Source: Escherichia phage RB43
Sequence record: NC_007023.1
Length of the DNA: 64,000 nucleotides
Reading direction: 5' to 3' (one strand)
Below the pieces are notes generated by a model that was given only the letters and a program-made list of their open reading frames with translations, did not search any database and was not told where the DNA came from. Shown piece after piece: positions 9,586 through 18,771 of this stretch (its first letter is position 1; each line of letters begins with the position of its first letter). The translations under genes and the position numbers were made by a program.

Positions 9586-9873
9586 TCAGTGTCCGAAGAT
9601 GTGTTTAACAGACTCAGCGAAAGCGTAAAACACCGGATTGTTTTCTTTTAGCATCGCTTCTGATTTCAGAAGATACTCGCTTTTGAACTTAGCACCGAAC
9701 AGGCAGTAAGAAAACGATTTGTCCCAGTAAAAGCAGTTGTAACCACCATCAACAAATCTCACTTCAACCAACAGATAACCCACATCTTCCGGTTTGGTAT
9801 TCGAATAATCTTTCAGAAGATTCGCGCTTACTACTTCGTATGCTTTGCCAGCAACCAAATCGTTATAAGTCAT
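9586..9873 (-). CDS. hypothetical protein (95 aa)
   Basis: ORF preceded by terminator hairpin 9554-9578. Confidence 0.5.
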   Translation of the reverse strand: MTYNDLVAGKAYEVVSANLLKDYSNTKPEDVGYLLVEVRFVDGGYNCFYWDKSFSYCLFGAKFKSEYLLKSEAMLKENNPVFYAFAESVKHIFGH

Positions 9874-9887
9874 GATGTGGTTCCTTT

Positions 9888-10358
9888 TCAGTTTCGTTTC
9901 GATAAAGTTAAGGTATCACTGTTCTTACGAAGATGCAAACACTTTTTTGAAGAATTTGTTTCCGGTCTTTCTTTGTATGGGCGCATGGTCAACCGCTTAC
10001 CGTCCAATACTGTTGGTTTTCCATCCAGTTCAATCAGGATAAAGTTGCCTTTGCGATACTTCAACACGCCCTGGCTTGCCGACCATTCATCGTTATCCCA
10101 GTGGTTGTAATGCCATTCAACAACGGTATCGATTGGTATTTCTGGTTGATTTCTCATATTTGCTTTCCTTCGTTCTGATGCTTCTTTCAATTGTCGTATT
10201 TGTGGTATCAACTGTTGTGGTGGAACAGTATCTTCCCGTTTCAATGCCTTTCGAACTTGATCAACAAACCATTCGTATTTCGGACGGCGGTTAAGTTCTT
10301 CCCTTAGTCGGGCATTCTCTTGTTCGGCAATGCTTGCGCGTTTTCTGTAATCGGTCAT
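9888..10358 (-). CDS. hypothetical protein (156 aa), translationally coupled to methyltransferase
   Basis: 4-nt overlap with dcm-like gene. Confidence 0.45.
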   Translation of the reverse strand: MTDYRKRASIAEQENARLREELNRRPKYEWFVDQVRKALKREDTVPPQQLIPQIRQLKEASERRKANMRNQPEIPIDTVVEWHYNHWDNDEWSASQGVLKYRKGNFILIELDGKPTVLDGKRLTMRPYKERPETNSSKKCLHLRKNSDTLTLSKRN

Positions 10359-11263
10359 AGAACTTTCCTTATCTGTTTGGCTATTGCCTCGATAACTGGC
10401 ACGGAAACGGAGTTACCCGCTTGCTTGTATGCTTGTTTTTTACTCGATGGAATAATAAACGAATCTGGGAAGCCCTGCAAGCGAAAACATTCACGCGGGG
10501 TTAATCGTCGTGGGTTCTTCCCATCCTGTAACACCAGACACTGAACGCCGTCCTTGTAGTATTGCGCTGTGATGGTTCCTGTGTGCGTAGAATCGGCTGT
10601 GACGGCCTGATAACCAAACCCCTTACCGTTTGCCTTATTTCGTTCCTTACGCTCTCTAAAGCCTTTCCACGCGTTATCTGATAGGGTGTACGAATCATCA
10701 ACATCTTCGAGGATATCACCTACGCGCGTAGGGGTGCGCGGGGGAACCGGAAACGAAAAGAATACATCATCCAGGAAGCAGACAATAAACACACGTTCAC
10801 GTCGCTGGGGTAATCCGAAATCTTTCGTATTCAGTCGTTGATAGAATACGTTGTATCCTTCGGCCTCCAGAAGCCCGTAAATCGTTTTAAACGTCTTTCC
10901 CTTGTCATGGGTTAGCAATTCAGGCACATTCTCAAAGAACAGCACACGGGGCTTTTTAGCGCGTATAATGCGGAGGATTTCAAAGAACACCGTACCGCGA
11001 ACATCATCGAAGCCCAGTTTTAATCCGGCTTTACTGAATGCCTGACACGGGAACCCAGCCAACAGGATATCGTGATCAGGTACTTTGTTTTCATCAATGG
11101 CGAACAAGTCACCTTCGAGATTATCACCGCCCCAGTTAGCGGCGTATGTTTGCTGTGCGAATTTGTCGATCTCAGCAGTAAGCACACATTCAACACCGTC
11201 AAATGCGCGATCAAAGCCCATACGAACGCCACCAACGCCAGCGCATAAATCAATCAGTTTCAT
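10355..11263 (-). CDS. DNA (cytosine-5)-methyltransferase, Dcm-like
   Basis: C5-MTase motifs: LCAGVGG (I), GFPCQAFS (IV), ENV (VI), QRRERVFIV (VIII), QGFPDSF. Confidence 0.9.
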   Translation of the reverse strand: MKLIDLCAGVGGVRMGFDRAFDGVECVLTAEIDKFAQQTYAANWGGDNLEGDLFAIDENKVPDHDILLAGFPCQAFSKAGLKLGFDDVRGTVFFEILRIIRAKKPRVLFFENVPELLTHDKGKTFKTIYGLLEAEGYNVFYQRLNTKDFGLPQRRERVFIVCFLDDVFFSFPVPPRTPTRVGDILEDVDDSYTLSDNAWKGFRERKERNKANGKGFGYQAVTADSTHTGTITAQYYKDGVQCLVLQDGKNPRRLTPRECFRLQGFPDSFIIPSSKKQAYKQAGNSVSVPVIEAIAKQIRKVL

Positions 11264-11290
11264 AAATATACCTAAAAAGAGGGTAATAAC

Positions 11291-11992
11291 ATGCTAATAT
11301 CAGCAAGCAGTGTAGACGAATTGAACAGCAAGGTCAACGAAATGCTGTCACAAGGGATGTACTTATGGGGAAGCCCGTTCGTTGTCCCATCCGATTATCT
11401 GAACCAAACACGATTCTTTCAACAGGTTTCAAACGTAAATCCTTCGAGCGGCGGAACCGATGGAAAGAGTGCGTATCAACTATGGGTTGAACAACCAGGC
11501 AATGAAGGGAAAACACTAGATGATTTCTTTGATTCCATTGCAGGGGTTCGCAAAAAATCAGAGGTGTTCTGGACGGGGCTTAGTCTGGTGATCCCAGAGG
11601 ATACGCCGACCAACTTCATCAACCTGATTAAAGGGACCATTCCGACTACCGGAACATTAGAACCGTTCTTCAAAATTACAGACAATAAGTTACACCCGTT
11701 TAACGAAAACTCAACATTAACGTTTAAGCTGAACCTGAAAGGTACTTTCACAGGGGCAACAACCGCACAGCGTAGCGTTACACTTGATTTTGTCGGTACA
11801 CAGGGCAACACCCTCACTCTGAACCGCAGCCAATCGGTAACTACTAGCACCCTTTCTTTCGTCACGTTCTTTAGTGTCGATAAAAACGGAAATATGGTTA
11901 CTAATGGTACTGCATTCAACATTTTCGCAAACGGTAGCCCGTTTACTGTATCCGAAGTTCTTTTAGTCGCCGAACAGCGTACTACTCAATAA
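11291..11992 (+). CDS. putative virion/tail-fiber-like protein (Thr/Asn-rich, GKSAYQLW motif), opposite strand to surrounding early genes
   Basis: 233 aa; GGTDGKSAYQLWVEQ resembles fibre-protein motif; RBS AGAGGG; near-consensus late promoter upstream; bidirectional terminator downstream. Confidence 0.5.
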   Translation: MLISASSVDELNSKVNEMLSQGMYLWGSPFVVPSDYLNQTRFFQQVSNVNPSSGGTDGKSAYQLWVEQPGNEGKTLDDFFDSIAGVRKKSEVFWTGLSLVIPEDTPTNFINLIKGTIPTTGTLEPFFKITDNKLHPFNENSTLTFKLNLKGTFTGATTAQRSVTLDFVGTQGNTLTLNRSQSVTTSTLSFVTFFSVDKNGNMVTNGTAFNIFANGSPFTVSEVLLVAEQRTTQ

Positions 11993-11993
11993 C

Positions 11994-12019
11994 AAAAAAG
12001 CCCCGAAAGGGGCTTTTCT
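11994..12019. terminator. bidirectional rho-independent terminator
   Basis: aaaaagccccGAAAggggcttttc. Confidence 0.6.
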
Positions 12020-12253
12020 TTATGCTTCAAAATCAATTTCGTCGATCTTGTAAGACTCTTCATCGATATCAGCCCACAGAGTGACTTTAACCGTTTTACG
12101 GTCTTCGTACATGTCACGACCATCATAGCCGCCCGTGTACTCGCTGTGCGTCTGTTCATCCACTTCTAAACGCAGACTATCGCGCATGATTGGACAACAG
12201 CCTGTCCAGCGTAACAGAATCTGGGTGCTGTTCTGTGCCACCAACTCGAACAT
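12020..12253 (-). CDS. hypothetical protein (77 aa)
   Basis: ORF. Confidence 0.4.
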   Translation of the reverse strand: MFELVAQNSTQILLRWTGCCPIMRDSLRLEVDEQTHSEYTGGYDGRDMYEDRKTVKVTLWADIDEESYKIDEIDFEA

Positions 12254-12280
12254 CTTTCAGGTGTAAAATAATATCGCTCA

Positions 12281-12559
12281 TTAGTAGAACTTTCCATATG
12301 TGTTGAAATTGATACTTTCGTGGTTACGTTCATTGATCGTGATTTCATAATCGTAATCTTCATTAGTAACCGCGCGGTCGTGTTTGATAACGTTCACGTC
12401 ATAAACGCGGGATAACGCATGATACAAAGAATCACGGATCTTTTCAGCAATCTTCGCGGGTTCGCTATACATATTGAGCATATCAGCAACAATACCTTCT
12501 ACTCGCTGAATATCTCGCTGTTCGATGTATCCTACGTACAGGCTTACGTCTTTAATCAT
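12281..12559 (-). CDS. hypothetical protein (92 aa)
   Basis: ORF coupled to upstream nucleotidyltransferase. Confidence 0.45.
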   Translation of the reverse strand: MIKDVSLYVGYIEQRDIQRVEGIVADMLNMYSEPAKIAEKIRDSLYHALSRVYDVNVIKHDRAVTNEDYDYEITINERNHESINFNTYGKFY

Positions 12560-13554
12560 TTGTAATACCCCAGAACATGATCTTTGTATACCTGTTCGAT
12601 AAAGTCATTCCAGAATTCCCGATCGACTTCTTTCGGATAGGTAGAGATTGCAGCAAGGCGTTCAACTTCGCCCATCACTTCCTCCAGTTTTTCCTGTACT
12701 TCGGCAAACGGGACATTACCAGCTTTAACCGATTTCAACAGGTCACTCTCAGGAAGAGGGTACACGATATCGCCGTGTTTGTAAATCTGTACTAACTGCA
12801 TACCACCGCGCAATGCGTGACTTAATGCTTTCCAATCGATCCCGTTGTTGGCTTCTGCTTGTCGTGCGCGTTCGCCATATTCATCCCAGAGCTTGTACAC
12901 GGATTTCTTCATTTCCGCTACGGTGATCGTGAACTGGAATTTACGACCCAATACTTCATAGAAATTCTGCATACCGCCTTTTTCGCTATAATGCAAAATA
13001 GAACGACAGAATTCATTGGTCGGTAGTTGGTCTTTGATGTCGCCAACTTTGATGTTTTCTATTGCATCACCCAGATTGGAAGGCATACGCACAACGCGAG
13101 TATTTGGGGTGTCTTGTAACACGTCATACACTTCACGCAGTGCAGCCAGGCGAGAACCTTTCACACCATATTTCGCGGCTTGCTTACGGACATAACCGAA
13201 CAGGCCAGTTAACTCCGTAGTGTAGAAACGCCAACGGTTAGCGCGGATATACTGCCAGATTTCAGAGTTAGCGATCAGCTTGCTATCATCAGCATGAAGC
13301 ATATCGAGCGCTACGGTATCACCATCACACGCAAGGCTGATGAACTTAGGCAGACTATACAACTGACGGTCTACGTCATCAACGGTGTTTTTAGAGTTCT
13401 TATCGCCCGTGCTCGTGTCGATAGTCTTCGGGGCTTTACCTAGCAAGATATCGCGTGGATGCGGGAGGAAGATCCCTTTATAATCTTTGTCGCTTGTCGG
13501 GGTGTTCAGCCCGTACAGGTGAGAACCGAACACAGTTTCCATTACAATTTTCAC
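12556..13554 (-). CDS. Pol-beta superfamily nucleotidyltransferase (function unknown)
   Basis: 332 aa; N-terminal VFGSHLYGLNTPTSDKDYKGIF (hG[GS]...DxD) plus later VALDM acidic residue. Confidence 0.6.
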   Translation of the reverse strand: MKIVMETVFGSHLYGLNTPTSDKDYKGIFLPHPRDILLGKAPKTIDTSTGDKNSKNTVDDVDRQLYSLPKFISLACDGDTVALDMLHADDSKLIANSEIWQYIRANRWRFYTTELTGLFGYVRKQAAKYGVKGSRLAALREVYDVLQDTPNTRVVRMPSNLGDAIENIKVGDIKDQLPTNEFCRSILHYSEKGGMQNFYEVLGRKFQFTITVAEMKKSVYKLWDEYGERARQAEANNGIDWKALSHALRGGMQLVQIYKHGDIVYPLPESDLLKSVKAGNVPFAEVQEKLEEVMGEVERLAAISTYPKEVDREFWNDFIEQVYKDHVLGYYK

Positions 13555-13943
13555 AATTCAACTCCCAGAGTTTTTGCAATTTCTTTCAATTGGTCAGTTG
13601 TGATATCAGGAACAGTCACACCGTAACTATGTCCAAACACGTATTTGATCTTAGCGGATAATTCCTCGCGATACAACTTTTCTTTGTACGCCTCTTCGCT
13701 GCGATAAACCTTAATACCGTTCCAATCGTTAGAACTTCCGGTTTTGCGGTCCAGCTTTTCGACGCAATATGATTTAAGATCTGTTTCTGTAGGGTTAGGC
13801 GATGCGTACAGATACTGACGCGCAACCTTATGAACATACAGAATACGCGGTTTTACACGGCAACGGTTATCATATCCACGTTCACCAGGATCATATAAGG
13901 TATCGCCTACTTTAACATCTGTTAAACTCATTTCATTTTCCAA
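13551..13943 (-). CDS. hypothetical protein (130 aa)
   Basis: ORF; 4-nt overlap with NTase start. Confidence 0.5.
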   Translation of the reverse strand: MENEMSLTDVKVGDTLYDPGERGYDNRCRVKPRILYVHKVARQYLYASPNPTETDLKSYCVEKLDRKTGSSNDWNGIKVYRSEEAYKEKLYREELSAKIKYVFGHSYGVTVPDITTDQLKEIAKTLGVEL

Positions 13944-14179
13944 CGTTTTGTTTTATCACAATAGAATACTGGCAATTTGGACAGGACAGGAGTCACCACA
14001 TCTTCACCAGTTTTCGTGTTATGCGTCATTTCGATTGTCAGCGAACGACCAGGCACGGGTTTCACAATATCCAGTTCCATGATCTCCCGATTACCTTTTG
14101 TGTTGATTTCTGCAACATAGTAATCGTTCCCGTTGATGTTAACAACATCACCCATAATTACGCTTCTGCTGTGTTTCAT
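13928..14179 (-). CDS. hypothetical protein (83 aa)
   Basis: ORF. Confidence 0.45.
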   Translation of the reverse strand: MKHSRSVIMGDVVNINGNDYYVAEINTKGNREIMELDIVKPVPGRSLTIEMTHNTKTGEDVVTPVLSKLPVFYCDKTKRWKMK

Positions 14180-14565
14180 TTGTTAATAAACCTTAACGTA
14201 ACGTGCAGGGATTCTAACACTCGTGCGTCAGTACCGTCAATAATCATCATTCCGATAAATTCTTTAGAGCTAACGGAATACATGCGACATAACAGGGAAC
14301 CATCTTTCGCGATATATTCAACGATATACTCACGGCGTGATGATTTGAACGAATCACCGACCATGACCGGACGTTCGACATTCTGGCGTTTTTTGGCTGT
14401 ATAACACAACTCGTTTTCGCCGTTTGGTGCGCAATCTTTACTTCCGATCGACATATCCGTTACAGTAACAGAATTCACAGAACCGCCGATCAGTAAGCTG
14501 GGTTCGCCAGCACCTACTTTCATGATTAGTGTCGAACGGTTTGCAACGGTTTCAGTCACAAACAC
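14176..14565 (-). CDS. hypothetical protein (129 aa, GTG start; possible upstream extension)
   Basis: ORF; 32-aa upstream ORF in another frame suggests possible frameshift. Confidence 0.4.
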   Translation of the reverse strand: MFVTETVANRSTLIMKVGAGEPSLLIGGSVNSVTVTDMSIGSKDCAPNGENELCYTAKKRQNVERPVMVGDSFKSSRREYIVEYIAKDGSLLCRMYSVSSKEFIGMMIIDGTDARVLESLHVTLRFINK

Positions 14566-14716
14566 GTAGCACTGTGGATTCGTTTTCTTTGGCGATTGAC
14601 TGCAAAATGAATTTGGTCTTCTCAGGCGTTCTCGAATGTCCGATTTAAAACACGATCACCGATCGTCAATGTTGTGGTTGAATCGACATCTTCGGTAGTA
14701 CGAATAATTGCTGTTT

Positions 14717-14986
14717 TCATGATAATTTCCTCTCAAATTCTTCATCAGATTTCCAGTACACGTTAAAGTTACGGCAATCGTGATCAGAAGTCAACGTATA
14801 TTTTTCATTTGTTTTTTCATCGGTGATAACCATCGTTTCATTCTCGATCGAGTCAACACCGTACACAAACACTTTGTCACCGCGTTTATTCAGGAACGCA
14901 TCACCTGTTTCAATCAACTGCCAGCAACTAACTGGCAACCCGCCCGAACAGATCGGACGGTTTACTAAACAGTAAGGATGTTTCAT
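14717..14986 (-). CDS. hypothetical protein (89 aa)
   Basis: ORF. Confidence 0.45.
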   Translation of the reverse strand: MKHPYCLVNRPICSGGLPVSCWQLIETGDAFLNKRGDKVFVYGVDSIENETMVITDEKTNEKYTLTSDHDCRNFNVYWKSDEEFERKLS

Positions 14987-15171
14987 TAATCAGCAAGCCT
15001 TATATTGTTCGGATCGGGAACGAAAGTATCCTTTTGAGTAACCATAAACACCAGGAAAGTAGCGATTTCAGGATCATCAATCACGTTGAATTTACGCTTA
15101 CCTTTCCAACGCACAGCGAGTTTGCCATTGTCCAGTTTCTTGATTGCTGCGACTTCTGATTTCGTAGTCAT
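14986..15171 (-). CDS. small hypothetical protein (61 aa)
   Basis: Start at ATG 15169-15171 after RBS AGGAGA; ORF-track N-terminal extension would read through the promoter element. Confidence 0.4.
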   Translation of the reverse strand: MTTKSEVAAIKKLDNGKLAVRWKGKRKFNVIDDPEIATFLVFMVTQKDTFVPDPNNIRLAD

Positions 15172-15240
15172 GATTATCTCCTTTCGTTTCAGTACCCCTA
15201 ATATAACAAAAGCCCTACACGAATGCAAGGGCTTTTTCAA
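15172..15240 (-). promoter_or_regulatory. PeSL-like element B (TTGCAT-17-TATATT with hairpin AGCCCT...AGGGCT)
   Basis: -35 at 15223-15228, -10 at 15200-15205 (minus strand). Confidence 0.55.
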
Positions 15241-15333
15241 CTTATCGACAGAAAGGACAACTAAAAGAGTCGCCGCTTCCACCATGTTTACGACACGCCG
15301 ATTTCTCGATCGGTGTCATTGTTAAAATTTTCA

Positions 15334-16392
15334 TTAGATACCTGTAAATGCTACGACAATCTGATAGTGGTCATCGAAGAATTCCCCTTGTCGTTGTACG
15401 ACCTCATGTAAGGGCATCCAGAACGCGTCTAACGCATCGTCAGAACCGCCCATAATACGTGGTAAACTTCCATCATTGTTAGGTTCTAACTTGATGTATT
15501 GCGCCACAGTCGGTTTTGAGAAGTGTACAGAACGCTTCGGATGATCGAACAGCATCGAATTGCGGATTGAACCACGAATAACCTTTTCAGGAACCTTGAT
15601 CCGAACCTCTTCGAGCAGTTCGCGGATCGCACAATCCAGGAACGTTTCATTTGCGTTTTTGTGTCCACCTGGCAGGGCTAGTGCGCCTTTTCCTGGTGCA
15701 AACTTACGACGAATTACCAGCAGGTGATTGTTGCACACAACCACGTTATCACCCGTGCAGCAGTTTAGCGCTTCTGGGTATGGGTAATTTTTGAATTTCT
15801 CCAATTCACTTTCCCATTTTTCGAATTCGTAGTACAGTCGCCAAAATGTATCCGTCATCATCCATGAATTGATATAACTCACAGTAGACGGAGGAACATA
15901 ACGAGATAGTTTCTTGTCCCATCCATTCTTATGCAAAAAGGATGGTTGGTCGTAAATCGGTCGCAGATAAATCTTCCCATCAACCTTAACCGGATCTACC
16001 GGAACATGAGTCCATCCAAACGCTTTCAGCCAGTATGAATCAGCATCTTTTTCGTAACCATAGATCGCGATGTTATCGCCTTTGGTTTCGTTGATTGCTG
16101 TACGAACAGAAGTTTTCCATTTTTCTTCGTTGTAAAGATAATCAGGAATATGAGCAAACTTAACACGACAAACATCTTCGTATTTGTATTCAGTCATCAG
16201 CCACGAAAAGATCATTCTTTCGCGTTCGTTCGCGGTCAGAGGATTTAAAACGTTGGGGTATGCGTAGGCAGAACCCAGGAGGATGTAAACGGTCTCCGAC
16301 TCTTCCAGTGCTTTACGCACCATCGCCGCATGACCATTATGGAAAGGTTGGAATCTGCCAATCACGACAGCTTTATCAAATTTGTGTTTCAT
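15334..16392 (-). CDS. bifunctional nicotinamide-mononucleotide adenylyltransferase / Nudix hydrolase (NadM/NatV-like)
   Basis: GRFQPFHNGH (HxGH nucleotidyltransferase motif) plus Nudix box GGHKNANETFLDCAIRELLEEV; start likely ATG 16390-16392 with GGAG RBS. Confidence 0.85.
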   Translation of the reverse strand: MKHKFDKAVVIGRFQPFHNGHAAMVRKALEESETVYILLGSAYAYPNVLNPLTANERERMIFSWLMTEYKYEDVCRVKFAHIPDYLYNEEKWKTSVRTAINETKGDNIAIYGYEKDADSYWLKAFGWTHVPVDPVKVDGKIYLRPIYDQPSFLHKNGWDKKLSRYVPPSTVSYINSWMMTDTFWRLYYEFEKWESELEKFKNYPYPEALNCCTGDNVVVCNNHLLVIRRKFAPGKGALALPGGHKNANETFLDCAIRELLEEVRIKVPEKVIRGSIRNSMLFDHPKRSVHFSKPTVAQYIKLEPNNDGSLPRIMGGSDDALDAFWMPLHEVVQRQGEFFDDHYQIVVAFTGI

Positions 16393-16417
16393 AACGTGCT
16401 CCACGTTTAAAGGGTAA

Positions 16418-16515
16418 TCATAAAACAGACGCAATAATCAATACACCAAGCAAACCGCCAATAAAGCCGAAGAATGACGAAATGAAGATAGACAATATAA
16501 TCTGTTTTATGTTCA
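16418..16515 (-). CDS. possible 32-aa hydrophobic peptide
   Basis: Short ORF MNIKQIILSIFISSFFGFIGGLLGVLIIASVL with weak RBS. Confidence 0.25.
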
Positions 16516-16588
16516 TTGTAGTATTCTCGTTTTAAGAGTCAAGCCCCCAGAACGGGGGCTTTAAAATCTTATTTACGAGAATCGAAAA

Positions 16589-17494
16589 TCACTTTGCCAG
16601 CGTAATCAGAACCCATGACAGTTTGAGGTACACCACCTTGTAGCGGGTAGAGTAGTTCATCTGTACATCCAGTTCTTTCCAGCGGATCATTTCTGGTGTA
16701 ATGGTGCGCTGCAACACGGCGTTCGCTTCTGCTTCTTTACGGGCCGCATACAGTTTAGCATCAGCATCACGTTCGTTTGCGAGTGCTTCATTTTCACGCG
16801 CCTGACGATTTGCTTCTGCCTGTTTTACCTGTTGTTGAGAAGTTTGCTCAACCTTCGCCAGTTCAGCACGAGCGGCGTTAACCTGTTCTTCACGGATCTT
16901 CGTGTTAGTTACCTGTTCCATGATAACATCTGGCAGGGTAATATCCTGCAAGAATACCTGTTTCACGGTGTAACCATACGGTCGCGCATACTCTTCAACT
17001 TCCTGCTGAATCGCAGTTTGCAACTGGTTCTGGATCTTTGCGTCGAACAGATCCTGTGCTTTCGGAACTGATTTACCGAATTCGCGAACAGTGGACAGCA
17101 ATTTTTCGGTTACGTATTTATCCAGAGCTTGTTCCTGGTCGCCAGCGTTGATACGGTTAATCGGTGCTTTGTTACCGTCGAATTGCAACATCACGGTCAT
17201 GTCAACAGTCGATTTAAATTTATCCTGGGACGGAACCTGCAACTTGTCGAATTTCTTCGCGATATCTTTCGTACTGAAAGTATCGAAGTCAGCCAGTGGG
17301 TTTACGATATGGAAACCAGGCATGACAGGTTTCGGAGAAACTTTACCCATAAAGGTCTGGGTTTTGACCGTACCGTCCTGTACGATGGTAAAGGAGTTCG
17401 GAACCAGCCACAGTGCAGCAACTACGCCCAGAGCGATCAGAGTGGTTTTCTTCGGGTTGTCACGGATAGTATTAATATTCATAGTATGTCTCAT
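16589..17494 (-). CDS. SPFH/band-7 (prohibitin/HflK/C-like) membrane protein
   Basis: N-terminal TM helix, SPFH-like core, C-terminal Ala/Gln/Glu-rich coiled coil. Confidence 0.65.
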   Translation of the reverse strand: MRHTMNINTIRDNPKKTTLIALGVVAALWLVPNSFTIVQDGTVKTQTFMGKVSPKPVMPGFHIVNPLADFDTFSTKDIAKKFDKLQVPSQDKFKSTVDMTVMLQFDGNKAPINRINAGDQEQALDKYVTEKLLSTVREFGKSVPKAQDLFDAKIQNQLQTAIQQEVEEYARPYGYTVKQVFLQDITLPDVIMEQVTNTKIREEQVNAARAELAKVEQTSQQQVKQAEANRQARENEALANERDADAKLYAARKEAEANAVLQRTITPEMIRWKELDVQMNYSTRYKVVYLKLSWVLITLAK

Positions 17495-17562
17495 TTGATT
17501 AAAGTTTATGTTTCAATTCGATAGTTATTCTATCATCACCATTTCGCTTGTCAAATACTTTT

Positions 17563-17947
17563 TTAAGAAAGTTTTGTCAGCTTGTAAATCGTTTGATAGC
17601 ACAAGCCTTTGATCTCGTCCAGTATGTTCTTCAATGAACTGTCTACTGATTCGTAGATATCGTTGGCTTCGGTGGCTATTTTACGGAGATACGCTACCGT
17701 GTCAAGCACATTTTCAACTTTTAATACGGGGTTTATAACGTCCTGTAATGCCTATATGGATTTCGGTGAATTTGTCTACCAAATCCTGCATATCTTCGTA
17801 AAAACCCTCGTATGCCTTATGTTGCGAATATGACCCCGTCATAAAATGTGCGCTGTGCATATACGTAACAGACATCAGGCATGTGCCAATAAAGGCATCT
17901 ATTTTACTTGTATTATCGCGCTCGACGATTTCGTTAAACGTTTGCAT
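17563..17947 (-). CDS. hypothetical protein with apparent frameshift near 17750 (weak ferritin-like 4-helix guess)
   Basis: ORF 17714-17947 continues in another frame as ALQDVINPVLKVENVLDTVAYLRKIATEANDIYESVDSSLKNILDEIKGLCYQTIYKLTKLS. Confidence 0.3.
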
Positions 17948-17957
17948 CTTTCATCCC

Positions 17958-18242
17958 TTATGAACGGTGAATAGAAGCAAATTCAGTTGCTACCCTAAGC
18001 CCTAAGCGTTTGCATTCAGGTTCAGATTTACACTGCTTCTGCTGCCATTTTCGTTCCATGTAATTATAGAATAGTTCACTGGTATTTACGCTGGGAGGGA
18101 TGGTGTCTAGATACACCTGTAGCGCTGCATTGATGTAATAGTCGAACTCTTTTGCGACCACAGAACGGTCGTCTGCTTGCGATGCTGGAGACAAAATTAA
18201 CAAACCAAACATCAGCGCTTTTGATATGCGTTTAATGTTCAT
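17958..18242 (-). CDS. small secreted protein (signal peptide ...ASQA|DD)
   Basis: 94 aa; N-terminal hydrophobic signal sequence. Confidence 0.5.
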   Translation of the reverse strand: MNIKRISKALMFGLLILSPASQADDRSVVAKEFDYYINAALQVYLDTIPPSVNTSELFYNYMERKWQQKQCKSEPECKRLGLRVATEFASIHRS

Positions 18243-18347
18243 AGCAATTCTCTAAGTGCTTACGGATCAACAATAGACCCGTTCCTGTATATATTTATAG
18301 CAAAAAAGGGGCTAAAAGCCCCTTATGTTAAATTAATCTAAAAATAC

Positions 18348-18741
18348 TTATGTTATATCGTACCAGCATAAACCACGTTCATAAGCACGGATCTTATTGG
18401 CATTGTGAATGTTTTCATCCCATCCAATCACACCCGCTTTCATGCGTTTCAGTTCCTGGCGCATTTTAACGCGTACTTTTGAATCAATCTTTTTCTTTGC
18501 GATCGAAAGCATCGCGGGAGATATCACCATGCGCCTTGTTGCCGTCACGATTCAAATTGTTATCGAACCGGATATATGCGCAACCTGATTTATGTTTCCA
18601 GTTGGTTGTGTACCAACGAAGACCATCAGGATCGCGCCCGTGTTGTGCATAATACTCAGAATATGCCTTTGTCTCTTCGATCTGTTCCAGAGAAGAAAGG
18701 TCACGGATAGGAACATATTTGTTACGGTAAGTACGGCTCAT
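18348..18741 (-). CDS. hypothetical protein, apparently split by frameshift in an A-run (~18488-18500)
   Basis: ORFs 18484-18741 and 18348-18548 overlap at AAAGAAAAAGA homopolymer. Confidence 0.4.
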
Positions 18742-18771
18742 AGATATCTCCTTTTGTTTTCTAATTGCAGA

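Noticed and set aside
11265-11290. Exact T4 late promoter upstream of 11291-11992
   Set aside because: The sequence cATAAATATAcc is near but not identical to TATAAATA, so it is noted only as supporting context.
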